Below are positions 10,460 through 18,537 of a stretch of DNA of 64,000 bases, in pieces. The position numbers were made by a program, and so were the translations under genes. Under the pieces are notes generated by a model, which was not told the DNA's origin, did no database searches, and saw nothing but the letters and a program-made list of their open reading frames with translations. The DNA comes from a virus (Duplodnaviria; Caudoviricetes). The stretch is from IMG/VR virus record IMGVR_UViG_3300017911_001818, positions 32,003-96,002 of that record, one strand, 5' to 3'. Each line of letters starts with the position of its first letter. Position 1 is the first letter of the stretch.

Positions 10460-11110
10460 ATGATTGCCAAAGTGATTACCTTGATGAATACTCCACAATC
10501 TGTCAAGGTTGCTAAAAGATGTGTTGAATCAGGTGCAGCAAATGGTGTGAATGTTGAGTATTTTAAAGCAATCACGCCTAAGAATGTAGATCAACTTGTA
10601 TATGATCATGAAATCGATACTCGATTTTTTCGAGAAAAGTGGTCTAGATATAAAAATGCTTTGTCAGCATTTATGTCTCATTACAATTTATGGTTAGAAT
10701 GTTTTCGCCGTCAAGAAGATTACTTGATTCTTGAACATGATGCAGTTATAATTGATGATATTCCGACATTCCTTCGAGGCGATATTGTTAATTTAGGAAA
10801 GCCATCTTATGGCAAGTTTGATATTCCTAAAAAGCTTGGAGAGGGTCGACTTACTTCCAAGCCATTCTTACCTGGAGCGCATGGCTATTATATCACACCA
10901 AAAGGCGCAAAAGATCTCATCGTTGAGGCAAAGCGAATGGCAAAACCTACAGACGTTTTCATTCGTAAAGAAAAGTTTGAGATAACTGAATATTACCCTT
11001 GGCCAGTAGAGGCACGTGATTCGTTTACAACGATTCAAAGAGAAGATGGCATTCAAGCTAAACATAATTTCCTGATAAAAGGTAAGATGGATATTATTAA
11101 TGTTCGATAA
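10460..11110 (+). CDS. glycosyltransferase family 25-like
   Basis: SHYNLW, LILEHDA, GAHGYYITPKGA. Confidence 0.82.
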   Translation: MIAKVITLMNTPQSVKVAKRCVESGAANGVNVEYFKAITPKNVDQLVYDHEIDTRFFREKWSRYKNALSAFMSHYNLWLECFRRQEDYLILEHDAVIIDDIPTFLRGDIVNLGKPSYGKFDIPKKLGEGRLTSKPFLPGAHGYYITPKGAKDLIVEAKRMAKPTDVFIRKEKFEITEYYPWPVEARDSFTTIQREDGIQAKHNFLIKGKMDIINVR

Positions 11111-11753
11111 AGCTTTCCTGACAGGCTGTGATGATAACACAGAATGGATGTTGAAGTGGTGGTTTACTGAATACTCAAAGTATAATACTACTCCAGTTAT
11201 CTTTGCTGACTTTGGTGTCAGTGAGGAGATTCGAGAATATGCTGAACAAAATTTCGCCAAGGTCATCACACTAACTGGACGAGAAGATAAAAACTGGTTC
11301 TTGAAACCAGAGGCTATGATTCGTGCATCAAAGTTCTCAAAGAAAACTTGTTGGATTGACACTGATTGTCAGGTTTTACGGAACATTTCAACGATTTTTA
11401 ACTACTGTCAGGAAAATAAGCTGGGAATGGTTGAAGACTTACCCTGGTCAAAACGCAGAGGAGAGACATGGCATAACTCTGGAATCGTTTTATTCGAGGG
11501 CACGCCAAAAATCTTAAGAGATTGGAGAAATCAGATTAATGAAAGTCCGACTGTTGGAGATCAAGAGGTTTTACACTTAATGTTAAGAGGCGATCCTCTG
11601 AAGAAGCGAATATATATTGAAGACTTGCCTAATATTTACAACTGGCTACGTATTCAGCTTCTAGATGGTCAGGACTCTTCAAAGAAAAAGATTATTCATT
11701 GGACAGGTTTTAAAGGTAAAGCGCAAATAAGAAAGATGATTGAAAATGCCTAG
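11100..11753 (+). CDS. nucleotide-diphospho-sugar transferase (GT-A)
   Basis: W..KP, WIDTD, HNSG, GDQE, HWTG..GK. Confidence 0.78.
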   Translation: MFDKAFLTGCDDNTEWMLKWWFTEYSKYNTTPVIFADFGVSEEIREYAEQNFAKVITLTGREDKNWFLKPEAMIRASKFSKKTCWIDTDCQVLRNISTIFNYCQENKLGMVEDLPWSKRRGETWHNSGIVLFEGTPKILRDWRNQINESPTVGDQEVLHLMLRGDPLKKRIYIEDLPNIYNWLRIQLLDGQDSSKKKIIHWTGFKGKAQIRKMIENA

Positions 11754-12354
11754 AGTTGCTCATGTTATTGGTAATGGTCATGCATCCAATCTTTACACTC
11801 CTCAAAAAGGAATGAAGATTTGTTGTAACTTACCTCCTTTTGAAATTCCGAATATTGCTCTATCTTGTATGGTAGATTTTAAGATGATGAAAGCTCTTTA
11901 TGAAGGATCATTAGAAAACCCATATACTTGGGTGTTAGGTATGCGTCCAAAGATGTATATGGAGAAATATAGCGACTTTAGATTAAAGCATATGGCACAA
12001 GTAAAAGAGTTTTATACTACTTTGCCTAAATATGCAGGTAATGGCGGGCAAGGTTATACTAATTTTAATTGTGGGCACTTTGCTTTACACTATACATGTA
12101 ATAAAATTCAGCCAGAGGAAGTGCATATCTGGGGGTTTGATTCATTAATGGACTTTGATATTCGTTCAAGAACAGATTTTTATCTTAACTCTGATAGAGG
12201 CGGAATGAATACACAACGACTGTCGCAGACATGGCGATCAATTACGCATGGCATTTTTAACGAGTTTAACAATATTCAGTTTATAGTCCATCATAAGCAC
12301 AGCAATATGAAAGTTGAGAGGCCAGATAACGTAGAGGTTATGGTGCATAAATGA
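11746..12354 (+). CDS. Maf/sialyltransferase-like (GT29/GT42-fold) putative ulosonic acid transferase
   Basis: HVIGNG.S near the N-terminus, then G..A and VHIWGFD, a pattern typical of CMP-sugar transferases. Start is taken at ATG 11746. Confidence 0.55.
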   Translation: MPRVAHVIGNGHASNLYTPQKGMKICCNLPPFEIPNIALSCMVDFKMMKALYEGSLENPYTWVLGMRPKMYMEKYSDFRLKHMAQVKEFYTTLPKYAGNGGQGYTNFNCGHFALHYTCNKIQPEEVHIWGFDSLMDFDIRSRTDFYLNSDRGGMNTQRLSQTWRSITHGIFNEFNNIQFIVHHKHSNMKVERPDNVEVMVHK

Positions 12355-13991
12355 AAATCTTAATTTTATATCCTAACATCCCAATGATGTTTACTCCAGC
12401 ATTGAGCGTTGGGATATTTAATACTATTTGTAAACAAGAGGGCGCTGAAGTTAGTGTGTTTGAAACAACATACTATTCAGAGCAGTTCTCCAACAGGCAT
12501 GTCAGTTTGACTAGCACTGGTGCAAATAATGGCGGTAATGTAGAGGACTACATGGATATTAAAGATCCGAAGGATATGATTCCGGATCTGAAAGAAAAAG
12601 TTGACACATTTAAACCTGACTTAATTTTAATGTCCCTCGCCGAAGATACGTATCATCAAGGTATTGAATTATTAGAAGCAATTAAAGACAGAAATATTCC
12701 GAATATTGTTGGGGGTGTTTTCGCTAGAGATGCAAAACAAGTATTACTGAAGCATGATGTTATTGATCAAATTTGTCATCATGAAGGTGAATATGTAGTT
12801 CGTGATGCCATTCGTGCATTTAAAAACAATGAGTCTTTTGAAAATATTAAAGGCACGACATACAGGTATGCGGATCATGCGCATACTAATGAAGAACAGC
12901 CACTCTGTAATATTTCTGAGTATGCTCCAGATTATGATCTTTTTGAAGATTTTCGCTGGGCCAGACCTATGGGCGGCAGAATCTTTAAACGTGTAGTCGC
13001 ACTCGAAACATATAGAGGTTGCCCATATAATTGTACTTATTGTAACTCGCCCTCTCAAAGAGCGTTTTCGAAAGAAAATAATCAAGGCAACTTCATGCGT
13101 AGAAAAACTGCAGATGTTGTCGAAAAAGAATTAGTTTCCATCTTGGAAAATCATAATCCGGAAATGATTATGATTATTGACGATTCTTTCTTGGCTAGAC
13201 CAAAGAAAGAGATCGAGTCTTTTTCAAACATGTGGTCGAAGTATAAAATTCCTTTTTGGATGAATACACGTGTCGAGAACTGCAGCCCTGAAGTTTTAGA
13301 TATGATGAAGCACGCTGGCTGTTATCGTATGTCATTTGGCCTTGAGTCTGGCAATGAACAATATCGTAGAGATATACTTTCCAGAAATGTTAAACAAGAG
13401 GTATATCTTGAACATTTTGAATATATTAATGAGTCTAATATTCCATATGCATTGAATATTATCATTGGTATGCCATACGAAACTCCAGAAATGATTGAAG
13501 ACTCTGCGAAGTTATCCCGTGAAGCAAGAGGATATGACGCTCTAACTATTTCTAAATTTATTCCATATCATGGCACAGGGCTAAGAACTATGGCAGTAAA
13601 TGCTGGATTCCTAGATCCCAACTTTATTTCTGGTGGCGGTGGACTTCTCGGAGACTATGCTTTGAATATGCCTGAACCATATGTATCTCCAAAACAGGTT
13701 GATGACTACATTAAAATTTTCTCGCTATTAGCTTACTACCCAGACAGTATGTGGGATGAGGTGAAGGCATCTTTGCATGATGAAGAATTATATAAGAAAC
13801 TTGTTGATGATTATAAATCTTCATATTATACTGAATTTCAACAAGGCGGAAAAGATAGAATTAAAAGGCTTGACAAAAAGATTAAAGAAAAGTATAATGA
13901 ACCTTCTGGTATTAAAGCATGGTCAAAAGGCTGTGCTAAACACGATGAAAGTTCTTCATTTAGATTTGAGATTATGGCAGCGGCATCATGA
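12351..13991 (+). CDS. cobalamin-binding (class B) radical SAM enzyme, putative methyltransferase
   Basis: N-terminal B12-binding region (KPDLI, VGGVFA, EGE), RGCPYNCTYC, IDD.F, GLESG, IIGMP.ET. Confidence 0.9.
   Translation: MKILILYPNIPMMFTPALSVGIFNTICKQEGAEVSVFETTYYSEQFSNRHVSLTSTGANNGGNVEDYMDIKDPKDMIPDLKEKVDTFKPDLILMSLAEDTYHQGIELLEAIKDRNIPNIVGGVFARDAKQVLLKHDVIDQICHHEGEYVVRDAIRAFKNNESFENIKGTTYRYADHAHTNEEQPLCNISEYAPDYDLFEDFRWARPMGGRIFKRVVALETYRGCPYNCTYCNSPSQRAFSKENNQGNFMRRKTADVVEKELVSILENHNPEMIMIIDDSFLARPKKEIESFSNMWSKYKIPFWMNTRVENCSPEVLDMMKHAGCYRMSFGLESGNEQYRRDILSRNVKQEVYLEHFEYINESNIPYALNIIIGMPYETPEMIEDSAKLSREARGYDALTISKFIPYHGTGLRTMAVNAGFLDPNFISGGGGLLGDYALNMPEPYVSPKQVDDYIKIFSLLAYYPDSMWDEVKASLHDEELYKKLVDDYKSSYYTEFQQGGKDRIKRLDKKIKEKYNEPSGIKAWSKGCAKHDESSSFRFEIMAAAS
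13870..13898 (+). promoter_or_regulatory. perfect sigma70-type promoter inside the radical SAM gene
   Basis: TTGACA (13870-75), 17 bp spacer, TATAAT (13893-98); about 90 bp upstream of the kdsB-like start. Confidence 0.7.
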
Positions 13992-14752
13992 CAACATATT
14001 TAATTCCTTGTAGATTAGAAAGCACTCGTTACCCAAATAAACCTTTGCTGGATATTTGTGGACTTCCAATGTTTGCTCATGTATATTTTCGCACTCTGAT
14101 GGCAGTGGAAGATAATGATAACGTTTTCGTTTGCACACATAATTATGAAATTATGGAAGAATGCGAACGTTTGAATATTGAGTATATCGAGACTGATAGG
14201 CTCCCTGTGAATGGCACTGAGCGAATCGCACAAGCAGCAGATAAACTAGGATTATCTGGATCAGACATCGTAGTGAATGTGCAGGGAGATGATCCTATGG
14301 TCGAACCTGAAGATTTAATCACACTCGCAAATTATCACAAGAATCGACCTGATGTGGACATCATGCTTCCGCATTTAAAAATGGACGAGCCGAGAACAGA
14401 TTATCTAACTGGCCATATTGTGACTAATTCTTACGACAATATCTTATATATTTCTAGGAATCCGATTCCGTCAAACTTTAGAAAAAAGATCCCGTACAAG
14501 AAGACTTTGAGTATTCAGTCATTTAGAGCAGATGCTTTGTATGAGTTTGCAGCAGAGCCTGAAACTGAACTTGAAAAAATTGAAGGCATCGAGCATCTTC
14601 GAGCGATAGACATGGGGCTATGTATCGAGACTTTTGAATTAGGAGAAGAATACACTCCTGTCGACGTTCCAGAACAATATGAAATTGTTCGTAAAAAAAT
14701 GGTTGACGACCCATTATTTTTAGAGTATAGTCATCTTGTTATTAAAGAGTAA
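13988..14752 (+). CDS. kdsB: CMP-Kdo synthetase-like cytidylyltransferase
   Basis: IPCRLESTRYPNKPL, GTERIA, VNVQGD.P, YISR.PIP, LE.IE.IE.LR, VD.PE. Confidence 0.85.
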   Translation: MTTYLIPCRLESTRYPNKPLLDICGLPMFAHVYFRTLMAVEDNDNVFVCTHNYEIMEECERLNIEYIETDRLPVNGTERIAQAADKLGLSGSDIVVNVQGDDPMVEPEDLITLANYHKNRPDVDIMLPHLKMDEPRTDYLTGHIVTNSYDNILYISRNPIPSNFRKKIPYKKTLSIQSFRADALYEFAAEPETELEKIEGIEHLRAIDMGLCIETFELGEEYTPVDVPEQYEIVRKKMVDDPLFLEYSHLVIKE

Positions 14753-14763
14753 GGACTAATCTA

Positions 14764-14967
14764 ATGAATGACTGGTATGCAGGCGAACGTCGTCTTTACG
14801 AAAATCGCTCTACCGAAGAGCTCGCTGAAACTGCTCACATTATTGAGTTTGGTGGTGGCTCTGCCCATGCTCGACGTCAAGTTCGTCTTGAGGCTATTAA
14901 AGACATTCTTGCCGAGCGTGAGCAAGGTAACGCTGATATTATCGTCGAAGACAAAGGAGCGCAGTGA
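14764..14967 (+). CDS. hypothetical protein (67 aa)
   Basis: AAGGA Shine-Dalgarno upstream; codon style matches the early module. Confidence 0.6.
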   Translation: MNDWYAGERRLYENRSTEELAETAHIIEFGGGSAHARRQVRLEAIKDILAEREQGNADIIVEDKGAQ

Positions 14968-15293
14968 TGCCACGTGGACGCCCAAAAGGTTCGAAGAATA
15001 AACCCAAAAAATATGATGGGGGTATGACTCGTGCAGATGATATTGAATCAACAGAGAACCTCCAGTTTCAGAAAGGACGTATCGTCTGGTCAAACTACAA
15101 TGCCAAGAAGAAAGGATTGAGCGCAAGGATGTATGGATCCTTGAATAAGGATTGGAAGAAAGTCATCGAAGCTGATGGTGAAATGTCATTCGATGGTGTG
15201 CTTAAACTCACTCAGCCTAAAAATGGTAAACCTTACTATGAACTAAGGGATGGTCGACGCTTCGATGTGTTCGGCTGGCCATTAGATACCTAA
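14967..15293 (+). CDS. AT-hook-containing small protein
   Basis: N-terminal PRGRPKGSKNKPK; TGATG overlap with the previous gene and an AAGGAG Shine-Dalgarno. Confidence 0.65.
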   Translation: MPRGRPKGSKNKPKKYDGGMTRADDIESTENLQFQKGRIVWSNYNAKKKGLSARMYGSLNKDWKKVIEADGEMSFDGVLKLTQPKNGKPYYELRDGRRFDVFGWPLDT

Positions 15294-15361
15294 AACTTTA
15301 CACGATAGTTGAAAAAAAGTTAAAAAAAGGGGTTGCTTTTGCGACCCTTTTTTATTATATT
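15291..15361 (+). promoter_or_regulatory. early promoter cassette 1 (conserved 28-bp box, hairpin, sigma70 promoter)
   Basis: TAAAAcTTTACACGATAGTTGAAAAAAA at 15291-15318; TTGCTT 15333-38, 17 bp, TATATT 15356-61; GGGTTGC-TTTT-GCGACCC-T6 hairpin. Confidence 0.85.
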
Positions 15362-15394
15362 ATATTCATGAGTTTGACATGAAAGGAAATCAAA

Positions 15395-16339
15395 ATGGCT
15401 CACGAAATTGAAATGGTAAACGGTGTTGCTCAGATGGCTTATGCTGGCGAGACTCCTTGGCATGGTCTGGGCACTGAAGTGTCTGACGACATTAGCACTG
15501 ACGGTATGATGAAAGCAGCTGGCCTTGACTGGTCTGTGACCAAGCAGCCTATGTACTACATGGATGATCTTGGTGAGATGGGTGAAGTTCCGGGCAAGAC
15601 TGCCCTGGTTCGCTCCTCTGATAACAAGGTCATGGACATTGTTGGTTCTGACTGGAACCCTGTACAGAACGTAGAAGCATTCGACTTCTTCCGTGAGTTT
15701 GTTGATGCTGGCGACATGCAGATGCATACCGCTGGTTCTCTTAAGGATGGCAAGATGGTCTGGGCTCTGGCTAAGGTCAACGATGGCTTCACTATCAAGA
15801 CCGCACAGGGTGAAGACTCTGTTGAGTCCTACCTGCTGTTCTCTAACCCACACCAGTACGGTAAGTCTATCGACGTTCGGTTCACTCCGATCCGTGTAGT
15901 GTGTAACAACACTCTGACTCTCTCCCTGAACCAAAACGTAGATCAGTATGTACGTGTCGGTCACCAGCGTCCATTTAACGCTGAAGACGCTCATGCTGCT
16001 CTGGGTATGGCTCAGCAGAAGCTGGAGACCTACAAGGAAGCGGCTGAATACCTCTGCCAGAAGAACTACACCAAAGAGGACATGATTAACTACTTTAATC
16101 AAGTCTTCCCTTCTGCTTCTGAGCGTGCTTCTAACAAGGCTCGTGAGGCTCAAGAGGTGATGCACACTCAAGCTGGTGCAAACCTCGGTGAAGGCACCTT
16201 CTGGCAGCTGTTTAACACTGTGACATACATGACTGATCACACTCTGGGTCGCAACAGCGATACTCGCCTTCAGTCTTCTTGGTATGGTTACAACCAGAAT
16301 GTGAAGAAGAAAGCTCTAGAACTTGCAGTCGCAGCATAG
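15395..16339 (+). CDS. DUF932 / phage-plasmid TIGR03299 family protein
   Basis: MAHEIE...AY.GE.PWHGLG, AGLDW.V, PVQN.EAF.FF, TAGSL..G..VW.LA, TPIRVVCNNTL, GT.W..FN.VT...DH; strong Shine-Dalgarno. Confidence 0.9.
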   Translation: MAHEIEMVNGVAQMAYAGETPWHGLGTEVSDDISTDGMMKAAGLDWSVTKQPMYYMDDLGEMGEVPGKTALVRSSDNKVMDIVGSDWNPVQNVEAFDFFREFVDAGDMQMHTAGSLKDGKMVWALAKVNDGFTIKTAQGEDSVESYLLFSNPHQYGKSIDVRFTPIRVVCNNTLTLSLNQNVDQYVRVGHQRPFNAEDAHAALGMAQQKLETYKEAAEYLCQKNYTKEDMINYFNQVFPSASERASNKAREAQEVMHTQAGANLGEGTFWQLFNTVTYMTDHTLGRNSDTRLQSSWYGYNQNVKKKALELAVAA

Positions 16340-16348
16340 GAGATAAAA

Positions 16349-16615
16349 ATGGCTGATGCAAATATGATGAAAGACTTCCTCGATCGAGTACAAAAGGCTG
16401 TTGTTGACGTCCGCTTTGAAAAGGCGGACGGCACCCAGACTAACCGTAAGGTAACTCTTGATCCTAATTATATTCCAGAAGAACGTTCTGTTGATGATCT
16501 TATGGAAAGCCTTGAGGTTATTATGGAGAAAGATTATATTCGAGTATACAGTGTCACAGATCAAGGATGGCGCACTATTAAACCAACAAAATTAATCTCA
16601 TGGATTGGAGCATAA
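16349..16615 (+). CDS. small SH3/Sm-like beta-barrel protein (WYL_2-like)
   Basis: V.FEKADGT...R..TL....IP ... V......GWR pattern; AGGAG Shine-Dalgarno. Confidence 0.7.
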   Translation: MADANMMKDFLDRVQKAVVDVRFEKADGTQTNRKVTLDPNYIPEERSVDDLMESLEVIMEKDYIRVYSVTDQGWRTIKPTKLISWIGA

Positions 16616-16616
16616 G

Positions 16617-16745
16617 ATGCGACCTAATTATGACAGTGTACTTCGGTACTTTTTGCAGTTCATGGTATTGCCTGTAGGGGTAATGATGATGGCTCTTATC
16701 TTTTCATTTATCACTGTAGCGTTTGGTCCTGAATGGTTGCAGTAG
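16617..16745 (+). CDS. 42-aa single-pass membrane protein (not in the ORF track)
   Basis: MRPNYDSVLRYFLQFMVLPVGVMMMALIFSFITVAFGPEWLQ; GGAG at 16607-10; fills the gap before the next promoter exactly. Confidence 0.65.
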   Translation: MRPNYDSVLRYFLQFMVLPVGVMMMALIFSFITVAFGPEWLQ

Positions 16746-16746
16746 A

Positions 16747-16817
16747 TAAAAGTTTACACGATAGTTGAAAAAAATACAAAAAAGGGGGTTGACAGCGACT
16801 CCCTTTTTTATTATATT
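16747..16817 (+). promoter_or_regulatory. early promoter cassette 2
   Basis: 28-bp box at 16747-16774; TTGACA 16789-94, 17 bp, TATATT 16812-17; GGGGGTTG-ACAG-CGACTCCC-T6 hairpin. Confidence 0.9.
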
Positions 16818-16847
16818 CTATATGTGAGTTAATGAAAGGGACTTGAA

Positions 16848-17225
16848 ATGACAAACCGTGCTGCTGTTTCTACTCGCAACGCTCGTCTCGCTACTGACTT
16901 TGGCGAGGAGCTTGCTCGGAAGTGGTTTGGTGATGAGGCGTTTGACTCCATCGATACCAAGTTCGTCCGTGGTAAGAACCAAGGCAAGCTCAAGGGCGAG
17001 ATTGCTTGGGTCAAGGTCGAGCGAGGCGGTTGGGTCTCCGAAGACCAAGATCAAGGCTTCGTTGCTTCGCCTGGTATGAAATGTGCTGTTCTGCTGGATG
17101 GCTACGGTGAAGTTGTTGCTCGAAAGAAGTTTGACTCAGAAGGCAATGGCGTTCTTTACTTTAATAACAAGCTTGGTCAGCATGTTGAAGGCCAATGTTT
17201 TCGGTTTGGTAAAATGAAAAAGTAG
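16848..17225 (+). CDS. hypothetical early protein
   Basis: AAAGGGA Shine-Dalgarno; first gene after the promoter; biased codons. Confidence 0.75.
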   Translation: MTNRAAVSTRNARLATDFGEELARKWFGDEAFDSIDTKFVRGKNQGKLKGEIAWVKVERGGWVSEDQDQGFVASPGMKCAVLLDGYGEVVARKKFDSEGNGVLYFNNKLGQHVEGQCFRFGKMKK

Positions 17226-17238
17226 GAAGGAGAGTAAA

Positions 17239-17532
17239 ATGGCAGGTCGTTTGTTGAAGTTGGATGTTTTCGATGATATGACGGTCTGCACATTGTGGAG
17301 AACCGATCGACCAAACTCCCGTGTACAAGTCCGGGGTAAACCGAACTACACCGGAGACGGTTACGACCCGAAAGATCCTTTGGCTGTCTTCTTGGATGGC
17401 TTCCCCAGAAGCTCTGGGAACTTCTCTGATTTGTGGGCATTCGTGCCCATGAGCTTGAACCCTAAGAATCCTGGTTACGCACAAGGGCGTGATTGGTTTG
17501 ACAAGTACTTTGATGATGCAGATGTGCAGTGA
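17239..17532 (+). CDS. hypothetical early protein
   Basis: AAGGAG Shine-Dalgarno; packed in the operon. Confidence 0.7.
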   Translation: MAGRLLKLDVFDDMTVCTLWRTDRPNSRVQVRGKPNYTGDGYDPKDPLAVFLDGFPRSSGNFSDLWAFVPMSLNPKNPGYAQGRDWFDKYFDDADVQ

Positions 17533-17541
17533 CAAATTGTG

Positions 17542-17612
17542 TAAAAATTTACACGATAGTTGAAAAAAAATCGAATATAGGGCTTTACATTCCTGCAAAA
17601 AGTCCTATATTC
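17542..17612 (+). promoter_or_regulatory. early promoter cassette 3
   Basis: 28-bp box at 17542-17569; TTTACA 17584-89, 16 bp, TATATT 17606-11; 14-bp inverted repeat 17573-86/17599-612. Confidence 0.85.
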
Positions 17613-17640
17613 ATAAGTGTAAGAAAGAAAGGAAATCGAA

Positions 17641-18009
17641 ATGCAGTACAAAGTTCTCCAGATTCAACTCACCAAGGCTGAAGTCGAGATGGTCAACAAC
17701 GGTGTTGAGCTTCGTAAGCACGTTCTCAAGTCTTGGATGTTCGGTAAGAACGTAGTCAAGAATGCTAAGAAAGCTCTTGATGCTGACTACTACGATCACG
17801 TGATGACCGTTGATGCCAAGAACCTCGAAGATGTGTATGCCGTTGGCAACTTTATGCATGATCGTGACCTTGACAAAGTTCAGGTGCATGGCACCTTCTC
17901 CTCCGTCTCTGTAGGTGACGTAGTTGTAGATGAAGAAGGCTTCATGTTCGTAGTCGATATGTTCGGCTTTGAGATGCTCCCTAACAAAATTTATGCATAC
18001 GCTGCATAA
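17641..18009 (+). CDS. YodL-like early protein
   Basis: C-terminal FSSVSVGDVV....F.VD.FGF resembles the YodL signature; AAAGGA Shine-Dalgarno. Confidence 0.6.
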   Translation: MQYKVLQIQLTKAEVEMVNNGVELRKHVLKSWMFGKNVVKNAKKALDADYYDHVMTVDAKNLEDVYAVGNFMHDRDLDKVQVHGTFSSVSVGDVVVDEEGFMFVVDMFGFEMLPNKIYAYAA

Positions 18010-18023
18010 GAAAGGAAATTGTT

Positions 18024-18281
18024 ATGCAAAAGAACATGTTTGGTCAGACTAAAGTTTGGATGGTTTGGCAGACGGTAGACTTTAACCAAGATTGGCTGAT
18101 GGGTGTGTTTGCGGGCAAACGCACAGCCAATGCTGCTAAGGCAAAAATGTTTGCCGATTGGCTGTCTGATCGTGATATGACTCTGGATCAGTGGAAGGCT
18201 AAGCAGGATCAACCATGGTTTGATATGGACGATCCGTTCTTCGTTACCGACGCAGTAGTACAACGAGTAGTACAACGATAA
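18024..18281 (+). CDS. hypothetical early protein
   Basis: AAAGGA Shine-Dalgarno; packed in the operon. Confidence 0.7.
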   Translation: MQKNMFGQTKVWMVWQTVDFNQDWLMGVFAGKRTANAAKAKMFADWLSDRDMTLDQWKAKQDQPWFDMDDPFFVTDAVVQRVVQR

Positions 18282-18294
18282 GGGGATAAAATAA

Positions 18295-18537
18295 ATGTTT
18301 GAAGTAATCTATCGTTTCAACGACCTCTACCGCCGTGAAGACATCAAGGACCTCCAGTGTGGTGTGTTTGACACCATCGAAGCCGCTAAGGAATACATCC
18401 TTGAGCAGTTTGATGATCTTGTTGCTGACACCACGGATGACGAAACTGGTCAAGTTATGGTTGAGGAAGAAGGTTGGTATGAAAACTTTATTCTCGATAA
18501 GTACGAGATTCGTCAGATGGAGGTGACTCTAAATTAA
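18295..18537 (+). CDS. highly acidic hypothetical early protein
   Basis: AAGGGGA Shine-Dalgarno; 80 aa, D/E-rich. Confidence 0.7.
   Translation: MFEVIYRFNDLYRREDIKDLQCGVFDTIEAAKEYILEQFDDLVADTTDDETGQVMVEEEGWYENFILDKYEIRQMEVTLN

Noticed and set aside
15320-16240. 306-aa minus-strand ORF
   Set aside because: Antisense shadow of the codon-biased DUF932 gene; no Shine-Dalgarno or recognisable motifs
15291-17569. Three 28-bp repeats as a CRISPR array
   Set aside because: Spacing is 0.8-1.5 kb and contains whole genes; each repeat is tied to a promoter; no cas genes
18254-18277. 12-bp tandem duplication (VVQR twice) at a gene end
   Set aside because: Real but most likely a neutral slippage event
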